NCBI GenBank assembly: GCA_043809315.1
Contig: JAZDDX010000010.1
Location: 16,019-80,018, forward strand
From: Pseudomonadota bacterium
GTDB taxonomy: Bacteria; Bdellovibrionota_G; JALEGL01; DATDPG01
Reading direction: 5' to 3'
Length of the DNA: 64,000 nucleotides
In this document: one piece after another, positions 18,787 to 29,800 of the stretch
Numbering within the stretch: position 1 is the stretch's first letter
How the letters are laid out: the number at the start of each line of letters is the position of its first letter
Made by a program: the position numbers and the translations under genes
The notes under the pieces: generated by a model
The model's input: only the letters and a program-made list of their open reading frames with translations
What the model was told of the DNA's origin: nothing
Database searches by the model: none

Positions 18787-19278
18787 ATGAAATTCGCGGC
18801 AGCCGTCTTTCTGTTGATCTCCGGAGCCGTCTGGGCCGCCCCCGCGACGATCTCCGAGAAGGTCGAGAGTGTCGAAAAACAGCTCCGGACGTTCGACTGT
18901 CCGTTTCTGATTCAGGCATACCACCCGACCGATCCGAAGGTGAGCCAGCTCGGGTTTTGCCTCTACCCTCTCTCCGTCACGCAGGGGATCTTCGCTCAGA
19001 CCGCCTGCGTCGGGGTTTTGGTCGAACCGGACACCGGTACCCGAAACGCCTTCTACGGGCGGAACGGTCACTGGGGGATCGAGGGGATGTGCGAAAAATC
19101 CGCGATTCGGAAGAAGTTCGAAGATCCCGAGATCGACAAGACGGTGAACCCGATCACCTCCCTCCGGATCAAACGACAGGAAGGGATCAAACTCAAACTC
19201 CTTCGCGACGATTTCGGCATCTGGGATCTTTTCATGAAACGGACGGAACCGGCCCAGGTCGCGGGCAAACGAAAATGA
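18787..19278 (+). CDS. Hypothetical secreted protein with 4 Cys
   Basis: GAGGAGG RBS, signal peptide MKFAAAVFLLISGAVWA. Confidence 0.7.
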   Translation: MKFAAAVFLLISGAVWAAPATISEKVESVEKQLRTFDCPFLIQAYHPTDPKVSQLGFCLYPLSVTQGIFAQTACVGVLVEPDTGTRNAFYGRNGHWGIEGMCEKSAIRKKFEDPEIDKTVNPITSLRIKRQEGIKLKLLRDDFGIWDLFMKRTEPAQVAGKRK

Positions 19279-19367
19279 ACGTCCGGCCGTGGGACAAAGA
19301 CGGGGCAAAACTCTCGCCCCTTGTCTCATGTGACGACATTTAATTGGTTGGTTTTATTGGATATATT

Positions 19368-19384
19368 TTGGCACACCCCCTGCA
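19368..19384 (+). promoter_or_regulatory. sigma54 (-24/-12) promoter
   Basis: TTGGCACACCCCCTGCA with GG-N10-GC; AT-rich tract and inverted repeat upstream. Confidence 0.65.
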
Positions 19385-19412
19385 CAATCTCGCCGGATTC
19401 CAAGGAGATGAC

Positions 19413-20045
19413 ATGAAGAACGTTCTTGCCCTATGGGTCGTCGGCCTCATCCTCGCTCCGGGCAGCCTGCTCGCCCAAAACGAAACGTTTTCTTGTCAGC
19501 TCAACCATCCGGAAAAGGTGAATGTCAAAGAAGCGCGAGCTTTGGCCGCCGGCTACCTTTTGGCGGAGTTCGATGCTCAGGCAAAGGTCGAGAAAGATCC
19601 GCTCAATCAGTTGGACCTCGATTCGATCCGGAACGACCTGAAATCAGGCCAGGGAGACTGGCCGGACGCGGAGGAAGATGACGGACAGGAGTTGTTCGAC
19701 CAAGTAATGGAGATCACGACCGTTCTCGCAGATTATCCGGACACGGTAGTCGACATGAACAAGGTTCCGGACGATTTCCACGATCACGATTACTGTGTTC
19801 CCCTTTCGTTTCTGAAAGCTCTTTTGACCGATCGAATGAAGATGGCGACGACGGAACGAGACCTGGCCAGACTTCAACAGGAAGTTGAAAACACAGGGAT
19901 TTTAATCGGCAGCCGGACCTGGCGGGAGGTCTGCACCTTCGAGGACCAGGATCAAGGGTGCATGATTTACACCGCAGGCCGGGAGCGGCTTAAGGATGCA
20001 GTACAGCCGATGTTCGATCGGTTCCCGTTCGAAACCTTTAACTAA
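19413..20045 (+). CDS. Hypothetical secreted acidic protein
   Basis: AAGGAG RBS, signal peptide MKNVLALWVVGLILAPGSLLA. Confidence 0.72.
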   Translation: MKNVLALWVVGLILAPGSLLAQNETFSCQLNHPEKVNVKEARALAAGYLLAEFDAQAKVEKDPLNQLDLDSIRNDLKSGQGDWPDAEEDDGQELFDQVMEITTVLADYPDTVVDMNKVPDDFHDHDYCVPLSFLKALLTDRMKMATTERDLARLQQEVENTGILIGSRTWREVCTFEDQDQGCMIYTAGRERLKDAVQPMFDRFPFETFN

Positions 20046-20053
20046 GAAATTCG

Positions 20054-20539
20054 TTACTCCCGGTAGTTCGTGAACTGAAGCGGAAGGGGGTACTCCTTGC
20101 TGCGGAGGAGAGCGATCGCGTCCTGGAGGTCGTCCTTCTTCTTCCCGCTGACCCGGACGCTGTCCCCCTGGATCGCCACTTGGACCTTGAGCTTGGAATC
20201 CTTGATCTCTTTCACCAACTGCCGTGCGAGCTCGATCTCGATCCCGTCTTTGAGGTCGATCGTCTGTCGCGCCCTTCCCTTGGCCGATGGCTCGATCTTG
20301 CCGGGGTTGAGACTCTTCAAATTCACGCCGCGCTTGACGAGCTTCGTCTGAAAGACGTCGAGCGCCGCCTTTACCTTGTAGTCATCCGCCGAGTCGAGCG
20401 TCACTTTCTTCTCTTCCCGGACCAGCGTCGTATCGGTTCCCTTGAAATCGAACCGCTGGGTGAGTTCCTTCACCGCCTGCATGACGGCGTTGTCGACTTC
20501 GTTGAAATCGAGTTTTGAGACGACATCAAAGGAAGGCAT
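20054..20539 (-). CDS. yajQ: YajQ family nucleotide/c-di-GMP-binding protein
   Basis: MPSFDVVS, RFDFKG, IQGDSVRVSGKKKDDLQ, LQFTNYR. Confidence 0.96.
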   Translation of the reverse strand: MPSFDVVSKLDFNEVDNAVMQAVKELTQRFDFKGTDTTLVREEKKVTLDSADDYKVKAALDVFQTKLVKRGVNLKSLNPGKIEPSAKGRARQTIDLKDGIEIELARQLVKEIKDSKLKVQVAIQGDSVRVSGKKKDDLQDAIALLRSKEYPLPLQFTNYRE

Positions 20540-20553
20540 GTTGGCAGAGAATC

Positions 20554-21042
20554 TTAATTAAAGGTGTTCCGGTGATCCAGATAGATCCGTCCGCTCCCGA
20601 CCTTTACTTTGTCCTCGAAAATCTGGAGCTTCAGGTAGTAATAAATCGTCGACCCGCCCACATATTGGTCGTACTGCGGATCGAGCTTCGCGGAGATTCG
20701 CACCCTCGGGTCGATACCGTCCGGAAAGCGGCAGGTACTGCTTTTGAACTTGAAACTGTCGATCTCTTCGATCACAAACGCACAATCCAAGTCGTTGTGC
20801 CGAACGGAGCGGAGTACGTCCTTGAGATTCATCCAACCGGAGAAACCGACGGTTTGAACCGGTTCCTTTTTGGCCTTATCTGCCTGGTGAATGGGCGCAC
20901 TGAACGTGATCCGGACGGAAACGGTCTGACGATTGCCCAAATCGATGTCAACTAACGCCTTATCATCTGCCAGCAATAAGGCAGGCGATAGGGTCGAAAA
21001 TATGGCAACCACCAGTCCCGGGGTCAGCTGTCGTGAGGCCAT
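20554..21042 (-). CDS. Hypothetical secreted protein
   Basis: Hydrophobic N-terminus; upstream TTGACG-17-TATAGG-10nt-ATG. Confidence 0.6.
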   Translation of the reverse strand: MASRQLTPGLVVAIFSTLSPALLLADDKALVDIDLGNRQTVSVRITFSAPIHQADKAKKEPVQTVGFSGWMNLKDVLRSVRHNDLDCAFVIEEIDSFKFKSSTCRFPDGIDPRVRISAKLDPQYDQYVGGSTIYYYLKLQIFEDKVKVGSGRIYLDHRNTFN

Positions 21043-21139
21043 GTCGGTGGGCCCTATACCTCATTTGGGCCAACGCGTCAATGTCGGGTCGCGATCTCCG
21101 CTTGCCCCCCGAACCCGCGACCGCTAGGCTCCGCCCCTC

Positions 21140-21898
21140 ATGTTGATCGACCTGACAGGAAAAGTGGCGCTCGTGACCGGAGGTTCGCGCGGAATCGGCG
21201 CGGCGATCTCCCTCGCACTGGGCGGATCGGGGGCCCGCGTCGCGGCGAACTACATGAGCGATCACAGGTCAGCGCAGGCGTTTGCGCGAAAAATGCAGCA
21301 AAAAAAACTCGTCTCGTCTCTGGTTGCCGGAGATGTCGGGGATTTTCTCGAGGCGGAGTCGGTCGTCCGTCAGGTGATCGACCGGTTCGGGCGGCTCGAC
21401 ATCGTCGTCAACAATGCCGGGATCTGGGAGCCGAACCCGATCGATCATCCTCGCTCGGAAGAGAGTTGGGATCGGATGATCCGGACCAACCTCAAAGGGG
21501 CGTTCAACATCTGCACCCATGCCCTTCCCTATCTCACCAAGGCGAAGGGAAGGATCGTCAACATCGCATCGACCGCCGGACAGCGGGGGGAACCGGCGTT
21601 CTCGCACTACGCAGCTTCCAAAGGTGGAGTGATCGCTTTCACGAAGTCGCTGGCAGCGGAACTGGGGCCGTATCAGGTTCTCGTCAACGCCGTCTCGCCC
21701 GGTTGGATCTGGACCGACATGTCGATGAAACACCTCTCGAAACCGGTGAACCGGAAAGAGGCGCTCCGGCAGATTCCGCTCGGGAAGTTCGGTCAGCCGG
21801 AGGATGTCGCGAACGCAGTTTTGTTTCTGGTCTCTCCTCTCGCCACGCACATCACCGGCGAGGTTTTGAACGTCAACGGCGGGTCGGTATTACAATAA
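21140..21898 (+). CDS. Short-chain dehydrogenase/reductase, FabG-like
   Basis: TGGSRGIG, NNAG, YAASK, PG; upstream TTGCCC-17-TAGGCT-9nt-ATG. Confidence 0.92.
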   Translation: MLIDLTGKVALVTGGSRGIGAAISLALGGSGARVAANYMSDHRSAQAFARKMQQKKLVSSLVAGDVGDFLEAESVVRQVIDRFGRLDIVVNNAGIWEPNPIDHPRSEESWDRMIRTNLKGAFNICTHALPYLTKAKGRIVNIASTAGQRGEPAFSHYAASKGGVIAFTKSLAAELGPYQVLVNAVSPGWIWTDMSMKHLSKPVNRKEALRQIPLGKFGQPEDVANAVLFLVSPLATHITGEVLNVNGGSVLQ

Positions 21899-21955
21899 AC
21901 GCGTCCGGATTCCGGACCCCTCCCCTCTTCAGATCAAATAAAGGTGGGATTCAGT

Positions 21956-21972
21956 CTGGCATGATCCCTGCT
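21956..21972 (+). promoter_or_regulatory. sigma54 promoter
   Basis: CTGGCATGATCCCTGCT with GG-N10-GC; palindrome GTCCGGA-T-TCCGGAC at 21903-21917. Confidence 0.55.
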
Positions 21973-21997
21973 TAGGGTTGTCGTAAGGAGATACCTC

Positions 21998-22378
21998 ATG
22001 ATAGACGACCCGAAGATGCATTCCGGAGAAATAACTAACTCCATCCCCGTCAGCCAGCAGCAGTTTCACGCTGCAATGGGTGAAATCGACAAGCGGTTTG
22101 AAGCCCTGGATCAAAAGATCGACGACCGATTTGGAAGCCTCCGACATGAGATGATCGATGGCTTCGAAGCGTTCAGACAGGAGATGGCGAAACAGCACGA
22201 GGACTCCCGCCGCTATCTGGGAATCCTCCATGAAGAACTCCGGGACAAGATCGATATCGTTTTGGAACAGTCGGCCCCTTCCACCGACCGAATTTCGGAT
22301 CACGAGAGACGATTGAGCGCCGTAGAGACCGACGTAGCTGTCCTGAAACTCTCCGTTCGTTCCGGCCGGACGCGATAA
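21998..22378 (+). CDS. Hypothetical coiled-coil protein
   Basis: TAAGGAG RBS; heptad-like IDKRFEALDQKIDDRF and HERRLSAVE. Confidence 0.7.
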   Translation: MIDDPKMHSGEITNSIPVSQQQFHAAMGEIDKRFEALDQKIDDRFGSLRHEMIDGFEAFRQEMAKQHEDSRRYLGILHEELRDKIDIVLEQSAPSTDRISDHERRLSAVETDVAVLKLSVRSGRTR

Positions 22379-22391
22379 CACCGGCCTCAGT

Positions 22392-23783
22392 TCACGGATT
22401 CCGGCCCGTCATCCCTTCAGGGTTCAGAAGTTCATCCAGTTCCCGCTCCGACAGCACTTTCTTTTTCCGCGCGACTTCCCGGACCGTTTTCCCCGTCTTG
22501 TACGCCTCTTTGGCAATCTCGGCCGCCTCGTCATACCCGATCTTCGGCACCAGCGCCGTGCACAGGGCGAGACTCTTTTCGATCATCTCCCTGCACCGCT
22601 CCTCATCCGCTTCGATTCCGTCTACACACTTCTCACGGAACGTTTCCACGGCATTGGAGAGCAATTCGATCGACTCGAGGATTGAAAAGATCATCACCGG
22701 CATTCCCGTTGAGAGCTCGAAATTCGAGAGGTTCGACGCCGCCACGACCGTGGCGTCATTCCCGACCACTTTCGCGCAAACCTGAAGTAGGGCCTCCGGA
22801 ATTACCGGATTCACCTTTCCCGGCATGATCGACGACCCCGGTTGAACCGCCGGCAATCGGATCTCGCCGAGTCCGCAACGCGGCCCCGAAGCCAACCACC
22901 GGATGTCGTTCGCGATCTTCGTGAGAGCCAGCGCCGTCGTCCGGAGCGCCCCGCTCGTCTCGATCAACCCATCCTTAGCACCCTGGGCCGAGAAATGGTT
23001 CGAGGTTTCACGAAGCCGCAACCCGGTACTCTTCGACAGCCCCGCAATCACTTCGGCTGCGAACCCTTTCGGCGCGTTGATCCCGGTCCCGACCGCCGTT
23101 CCCCCGAACGGAAGTTCCAGGAGGGGAACCGCAGATCTCCGCAGCCTCTCGACCGATTCCGCAACCTGCGCCCGGTATCCCGAAAAAACCTGCCCCAGAC
23201 GGATCGGGGTGGCGTCCTGCAGATGCGTCCGCCCGATCTTCACGATCCGGTCGAACGACTTAGCTTTCTTTTTAAGAGAGACCGCCAACTTCGAAAGCGA
23301 AGGGATCAGCCCCTCGTGGAGCGCCAAGAGAACTGAAACGTGCATCGCGGTCGGGAAGACGTCGTTCGACGACTGACCGAAGTTCACGTGATCGTTCGGA
23401 TGGACCTTCTTCGAACCCCGTTTCCCCCCCATCATCTCCCCAGCCCGGTTCGCGATCACCTCGTTCGCGTTCATGTTCGTCGACGTCCCCGATCCGGTCT
23501 GGAAGACATCCACCACGAATTGATCGTCCCACTTCCCTTCGACGACCTCTTGCGCGGCTTTCGCAATCGCCTTTGCCATCGTCGGATCGATCCATTTATG
23601 CTTACCGCTCACCTCCGCCGCCGACCGTTTGACCAGACCGAGCGCCTCGAGGAAGACCCGAGGAAGCCGATATGGACTGATCCGGAAATTCTCCACCGCC
23701 CTCTGCGTGGAGGCCCCATAATAAGAGTCCGCAGGGACCTTCATCTCCCCCATCGAGTCCTTTTCGATCCGGAAATCAGGCAT
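22392..23783 (-). CDS. fumC: Class II fumarate hydratase
   Basis: QTGSGTSTNMNANE, HPNDHVN, GRTHLQDATP, GSSIMPGKVNP. Confidence 0.95.
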   Translation of the reverse strand: MPDFRIEKDSMGEMKVPADSYYGASTQRAVENFRISPYRLPRVFLEALGLVKRSAAEVSGKHKWIDPTMAKAIAKAAQEVVEGKWDDQFVVDVFQTGSGTSTNMNANEVIANRAGEMMGGKRGSKKVHPNDHVNFGQSSNDVFPTAMHVSVLLALHEGLIPSLSKLAVSLKKKAKSFDRIVKIGRTHLQDATPIRLGQVFSGYRAQVAESVERLRRSAVPLLELPFGGTAVGTGINAPKGFAAEVIAGLSKSTGLRLRETSNHFSAQGAKDGLIETSGALRTTALALTKIANDIRWLASGPRCGLGEIRLPAVQPGSSIMPGKVNPVIPEALLQVCAKVVGNDATVVAASNLSNFELSTGMPVMIFSILESIELLSNAVETFREKCVDGIEADEERCREMIEKSLALCTALVPKIGYDEAAEIAKEAYKTGKTVREVARKKKVLSERELDELLNPEGMTGRNP

Positions 23784-23941
23784 TTGCACCTCGTTTGCGG
23801 GCCATCCTACGGTTTACCGCCGGCTGCGCCAAGGGGGAGCGCACGTAGACAAATGTTAACAGTTTTTTCCATTTCGTTAACTTTAGGGTGGCCCCGGACC
23901 ACCTCGGTTTCATATCCTGAAGATGAGAAAGGATACCGACC

Positions 23942-25819
23942 ATGAAACGTCTCCTATTCGCCCTTCTGACCCTCCCCCTTCTGTCCGCTTGCGATACCCC
24001 CCGAACTCAGCCCAAGGACCTCGGGGATATTCAGCTTCGGAAGTTCGGCTCCTGCGCCGAGATTCAGAAGGCCCGGACGATGGTGTTACGCCCGGTCAGC
24101 GAAGGAGTGGCGTACGGCGCCCCTTCCGACACTTCGGGTTCGAAGTCGAATGCGAGCGCCCCTCTCGGCGAAACCAACATTCAAGTGGCCGGTGTCGACG
24201 AGTTGGACATCGCCAAAGCAGACGGAGAGTTCATCTTTCGCACCGGCACGGCTTACGGCACCAACCAGATCGAGGTGTTGAAACGTTCGCCTGCTTCCTC
24301 TGCCGCGATCGTTCAAAAGATCGATCTGGGGAATCTGACCGTCCTGGGACTCTTTCTCACTCCGGACAAGTTGATCGCCATCACCGAAGACTTCACGTAT
24401 GGCTCCCCCCCTCTTACTGGGCTTTTGAGTGTGGCGGCTCCCGTTCCGGAACAATCTCGCCAGTCCATCCATATCCTCTTCTTTGCGCGATCTTCGGACG
24501 GGACCCTTTCGAAGACGGACGAGCGGACGATCTCGGGACAGGTGCAAACGGCCCGCCTGATCGGTAACCGGATGCACCTCGTCCTCACTCAGTACCTCGG
24601 CTGGATCTACCCCGACGAACCCACCCCGGAACCCCTTTCTCTTCCGGCCATCGGCGTGGCAAAATCGACGGAAACGAAGTTCGCCTGCAATTGTGACGGC
24701 ATCTGGTACGAGCCGATCGCGGGGGATCCCTCCAATTTCGAATACCCGATTATCGACTCCCTTCTCGGGGTTCTCACCCTGAACATCGATGATCCCGACA
24801 GCGATCCGCAAGGGGAGTGGATCGCCGGTGCGAGCGCATCGGTCATCTATGCCTCCGAGAACAATCTCTTTCTCGCGAGCGGCGGCTGGTCCGACACCCT
24901 TCCGATTCACCAGTTCCAACTCGGGACTGCGGATCGTAAAACCCAATACGTCGGATCGGCCCTCGTGGAAGGGACTCTGATCAACCAGTTCGCCATGGAT
25001 GAAAACAAAGGGCATCTCCGCGTCGCTACGACATTCCACGGCGAGGAGAATTTCGCCCGCGGGGTCTATGGCACGTCGCAGAGCGAGGTGTCGGTCTTCC
25101 GACTGGGCAAGGGAAACCTGGAACGGGTCGGACAGGTCGCTGGCCTCGGCAAGGGGGAGACGATCTACGCCGTCCGTTTCCTAGGGGACGTCGGGTACGT
25201 CGTGACGTTCAAAAAGGTGGATCCGCTCTATGTCGTCGACCTCAAAGACCCGACCAACCCGGTTGTGAGAGGCGAACTCAAGATCCCCGGCTACTCCTCG
25301 TATCTCCATCCGATGAAAGAAGGATATCTCCTTGCCGTCGGTAAAGATGCCGAGGCGGCGCTCGAATCGGACGATTTTGCCTGGTACCAGGGGATGGCGA
25401 TGTCGATCTTCGATGTCCGCGATCTCGACAATCCGAAGCTGGTTCAGAAGATCGGAATTGGAAGCCGCGGAACGAACTCGGAAGCGCTCTACGATCACAA
25501 GGCGTTCCGCTACATCCCAGAGAAGAACCTCGTCGTCCTCCCGATCGACCTGTACGAGGACAGCATCGGACAGTGGAACTACGGAACGTGGACCTTCTCC
25601 GGATTCCAGATTTACAGCGCGACCGTCGAAAGCGGCTTTTCCCTCGTGGGAAAGTCGGCGTTCAAGAGCCAGTATGGATTCTCCACCTGGGGTTTTTCAG
25701 GCGGCGGAAACCGGTCCTTCTACAAGGATGGCGTGATGTCGCTCATCGGAGGCGGGGAGATGGTGTTGCGGTCGGCGGATGCACCGGACGTCGACCTTGC
25801 CCGCCTGGCGATCGACTAG
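23942..25819 (+). CDS. Beta-propeller domain lipoprotein
   Basis: LSAC lipobox; TNIQVAGVDE.DI.K, NQFAMDE, IYAVRF, KVDPLYV, KIPGYSSYLH. Confidence 0.88.
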   Translation: MKRLLFALLTLPLLSACDTPRTQPKDLGDIQLRKFGSCAEIQKARTMVLRPVSEGVAYGAPSDTSGSKSNASAPLGETNIQVAGVDELDIAKADGEFIFRTGTAYGTNQIEVLKRSPASSAAIVQKIDLGNLTVLGLFLTPDKLIAITEDFTYGSPPLTGLLSVAAPVPEQSRQSIHILFFARSSDGTLSKTDERTISGQVQTARLIGNRMHLVLTQYLGWIYPDEPTPEPLSLPAIGVAKSTETKFACNCDGIWYEPIAGDPSNFEYPIIDSLLGVLTLNIDDPDSDPQGEWIAGASASVIYASENNLFLASGGWSDTLPIHQFQLGTADRKTQYVGSALVEGTLINQFAMDENKGHLRVATTFHGEENFARGVYGTSQSEVSVFRLGKGNLERVGQVAGLGKGETIYAVRFLGDVGYVVTFKKVDPLYVVDLKDPTNPVVRGELKIPGYSSYLHPMKEGYLLAVGKDAEAALESDDFAWYQGMAMSIFDVRDLDNPKLVQKIGIGSRGTNSEALYDHKAFRYIPEKNLVVLPIDLYEDSIGQWNYGTWTFSGFQIYSATVESGFSLVGKSAFKSQYGFSTWGFSGGGNRSFYKDGVMSLIGGGEMVLRSADAPDVDLARLAID

Positions 25820-26754
25820 CGATCGGGCTTGTGCCGCTCGGCTTGATACACGCGCGAGGCGATCGCGTGGTTTAGGAACCGTTCGATCCGGCCGGAGGTT
25901 TGAATCAGCTTCTCCAGGGTCAGATTGGTCCGGATCCCCATCCCTTCCAGGACATAAACGACATCCTCCGTCGCCACGTTCGCCGGAGCGCCGGCGGCGT
26001 GCGGACAGACCCCCAACCCCCCGATCGAAGTTTCGAACACCCGAACGTCGGCCCCGGCCGCAGCTAAGATGTTGGAAATCGCCATTCCGTACGTGTCGTG
26101 GAAATGTCCCGCAAACGCCGAAGCGGGCGCCTTCTTCAAGAGCCGGTCGAACACCTTCCAGACCATCTTCGGTGTCGCACGTCCGGTCGTGTCGCTGATC
26201 GCGATCTCGTAACACCCGAGATCAAAGAGACGCCCGGCAATCTCCACCACCCGCCGGGGATCGATCTTCCCCTCGAACGGACATACGAACGCGGAGGAGA
26301 TCACTCCGCGAAACTGCAGTCGGTGTTTCCGGGCCAGCGCAACGATCTCCCACAGGGAGCCGATCCGCTCCTCAGTCGTCTGTTTCGTGGCGTGCCGTTG
26401 GGAGCCGTCCGAGGCTGCCACCCCGATCGCCACCTCGCCGATCCCGGCGACCAGAGCCCTCTCCATCCCCCTGGAATCTTCCACCCAGGCGGAATAGGTC
26501 ACGTCGTCCCGACGCGGGAGCTGGCGGGCGACATCCTCGGCATCCGCCAGCTGCGGATAGGTCTCCGGATCGGCAAACCCGACCGCCTCGATGAGGGACT
26601 GCCCGGCATCGACCAGGGACCGAATCAATGCGAGTTTCGTCAACGCCGGAAGGATCACCACCTCGTTCTGAAAGCCATCCCTCGGCCCCACCTCCCGAAG
26701 GAAGACAACCTTCGGGACCGACCCGCGCCAAGTGATCTTCTTGGACCGCGGCAT
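25816..26754 (-). CDS. Hydroxymethylglutaryl-CoA lyase
   Basis: EVGPRDGFQNE, HFHDTYG, GLGVCP..A.NVATED; start position uncertain. Confidence 0.88.
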   Translation of the reverse strand: MPRSKKITWRGSVPKVVFLREVGPRDGFQNEVVILPALTKLALIRSLVDAGQSLIEAVGFADPETYPQLADAEDVARQLPRRDDVTYSAWVEDSRGMERALVAGIGEVAIGVAASDGSQRHATKQTTEERIGSLWEIVALARKHRLQFRGVISSAFVCPFEGKIDPRRVVEIAGRLFDLGCYEIAISDTTGRATPKMVWKVFDRLLKKAPASAFAGHFHDTYGMAISNILAAAGADVRVFETSIGGLGVCPHAAGAPANVATEDVVYVLEGMGIRTNLTLEKLIQTSGRIERFLNHAIASRVYQAERHKPDR

Positions 26755-26871
26755 GCTGCCCCGACGTCGTTCCAGGGATTTGAGCTTCGGTTCCGCCGGC
26801 ATCGAAAGGCGAACCGTATCCTTTATTGGTCTGCACCTCAAAATTCGTGCTAATCAAATTGGATCCGCCGC

Positions 26872-29800
26872 ATGAACCCGAACGGCCTGAACCGATCCGT
26901 CCCGTTGGCGATTCTCCTCTTCGCCGGCCTCTTGGGCGTCGGGGCCTATGCCAAGTTCCATCACGAGGCGTTCCGGTCCGCCGCGTTGGATCTCAAGATC
27001 ACACGCTCGGAGGCCCTTCGAAACGCGAAGGAGTTTCTGACCTCGAACGGTTTCTCGATTGACGGCGCTGAATCATCGGCCGCTTTCTTTTCCCACGACG
27101 ACTCAATTCTCTACCTCGAGAAGAACATGGGGACCTCCGAAGCCAACCGATGGCTTCGCGGGGGGGGCCTTCCGGTCTGGGGGTGGGAGGTTCGCTTCTT
27201 CTGGCCGCTCGAGAAAGAGGAATACCATGTCTGGTGGGCCCCCGACGGGGCTCTGCTGGGATTCCGTCACGACCTGATCCGAGAAAAGGCGAAACCGACC
27301 CTCTCGCAGTCGCAGGCCCTTTCGCTCGCGACCTCATTCGCGAAGAGCCGGCCCGAGTTCTCCCTCACCGACTATCGCCTGGTCGAACGCTCCAGCACCG
27401 AAGGGGCGCACCGAACCGATCATTTTTTCACCTGGAAATCGAAATCCAACCTCCTGGACGCCCGGCTCTACCTCCGAACCACGGTCTCCGGAAACGAGGT
27501 GAGCGCGTTCCGCAAGGAAATCGCGGTCCCCCGCTCCTTCGCACGGGCGGAGGAAGAGATCGGGTCGCGCCGGGAACTGCTCTCCCTGATCGCGAACCGG
27601 ATCGATTGGGTCTTGAGCCTAACGATCTTCCTCTTCCTCCTCGGCGCCTGGAAGCGGCGATGGCTCCGGTGGAAACCAGCCCTGTTCCTGGTCGGAGCCG
27701 TGGCCACGGTCGAGTTGATCAACCTCCTAAACGGCCTTCCCCTCGTCTGGCACGACTACTCCACGCAAGAGACGGTCTCGGCGTTCTGGCTCAATCGGAT
27801 CGGGGTTGCACTGCTCGGTCTGCTCGCGAGCACAGCCTGGTGGGTCTTTCCGTACGGCTCCGCAGACGCCATGGGGAGAACGCTTCCCGGTTCGGAGTAT
27901 TCCCTGGGGGAAATCCCGCGCCGCACGTTTTTCCGCTCCCGGCCGTTCGCGATCGCCACGCTCGCCGGTTTGGGGGCTGCGGGGATCCAGTTGGGATTCG
28001 TGGCCCTTTTCTATGTGCTGGGAAAACGGTTCTTCGGCTTCTACGCTCCGATGGACGTCCCTTACAGCGATCTCCTCACCTCGACGGTCCCGTGGATCCA
28101 GCCGCTCCTGATCGGTCTCTCGACCGCGCTTCAGGAGGAGACCGTCTACCGCCTCTTCGCGATCCCCCTGCTTTTCCGATTCACCCGGCGGAGATGGATC
28201 GCCCTTCTTGTGCCGGCGCTTCTCTGGGGGTTCCTGCACAGCGGCTACTACGTCGAGCCGATCTTCGTGCGGGGACTCGAGCTTACGGTCGTCGGGATCT
28301 TCTTCGGCCTCGTCTTTCTCCGGTTCGGCATCTGGGCCACGATCGTGGCCCACTACACCTACAACGCGGCGATCAGCTCCTCGATCTTCTGGAGTTCCGG
28401 CTCGCCGGCTCTCGTTCTCTCCTCTCTCGTCGTCGTCGGGATCCTCGCGATTCCGCTTCTCTTGAGTGCCTGGCAGCGCACTCGGAAACGGGAGTCGTTC
28501 CATCCCGTTCCGTTTAAGCCGATCGACTGGCTTCCCGCCGGACCGGCGCCGTGGCAAGGGGGTTCCGACCGCCGGAAAGCCTCGCAGCGGGAGAACCCTC
28601 TGCCGATTCTTCCCCCGATTGCGGCCATGTTGGCCGTCACCCTGACATTCGTCTTCCTTCCCCCAAAATCGGCCCCTCCCCCGATGACGCTCGACCGGAG
28701 CGAGGCGATCGCGGCAGCCCGAAGGAATCTCGAGGAACTCGGGTATCACCTCGATCGACACCTCACCTCCGCCGCGATCTATCAGACCTACCCCGGGTTG
28801 GCCGCGTCGTACCTGCGCACCCGGTCCGATGCCGCCGAGGCGGAGGCGTACCTCACGAGATTCCAGCCGAACCGATCGTACTGGTCGGTTCGGTTCGTAT
28901 CCCCCGGCCGGCCTGATGAGTGCACGGCGGAAGTCGGATCGGACGGAACCATTCCGAGTTTCTCGTGTGAGATCGGAGAGGAGGCCCCCGGCTCGAAAAT
29001 GACCGCGGCGGACGCTCGTGCCTTGGCAGAAACCTATCTCCGAGGCCGCGATTTCCGATCGGGCACCGTGCAATATATCGGCGCCTCCGAGCACGACCGC
29101 CCGAACCGGAAGGACTTCACGCACCGATGGATCGACGTCCGAGCCATTTTCGGCGAACTCCGGAGGTACATCGAGGTCGATACGGGGGGGGGCCGCGTAA
29201 CGTCGTTCGACACGTACCTCCAGGTCCCGGAAACGTTTAAACGGAAGGAGTCGGAACGAACCACTTGGGAGGTAATCCGGAACATCCTCCGGGCACTCGC
29301 TCTTCTGGCCACCGCCGGGCTCGTGCTCCGGGCCCTGTTCGACCCGAAAGTAACCGCCTCGCTCCTGTCCCCTCTTCCCCTTCAGGCGGCCCTCGTCGGC
29401 GGACTCCTCTCCCTCCTCGACGCGGGAAACGCCTTTCCGCAGTTCTGGTCGGCGTATGAATCGACCAGCCCCCTTCCGGTCTATCTCGCTCTCAAGGTTC
29501 TTTCGATCTTCGGCGGCGCCGCCACCGCGGCGATCGCAGCGTACCTCGCCACCCTTCTGTTCCTTACGCTGGCTCCGCAGGTCTTCCCGACCGCTCCGAC
29601 CGAGGAGGATATGAGGATCGTCTCCCACCGCCCCCCCTGGCGATGGCGAGAATCCCGCGTCAGCTTCCTCTGGGCCCTGGCCATCGTGTCGACCCAAATC
29701 CTGATCCGGCATCTCTCCGATCTCACCGTGGGGAATACCAACTCCGACCCGGTCGGCATCAACCTGGCGGTCTTCACAAATTACCTACCGATCGTTTCAG

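Noticed and set aside
19290-19330. Inverted repeat considered as a GEMM riboswitch or terminator
   Set aside because: No GEMM two-stem tetraloop/receptor pattern and no U-tract; more likely an activator site
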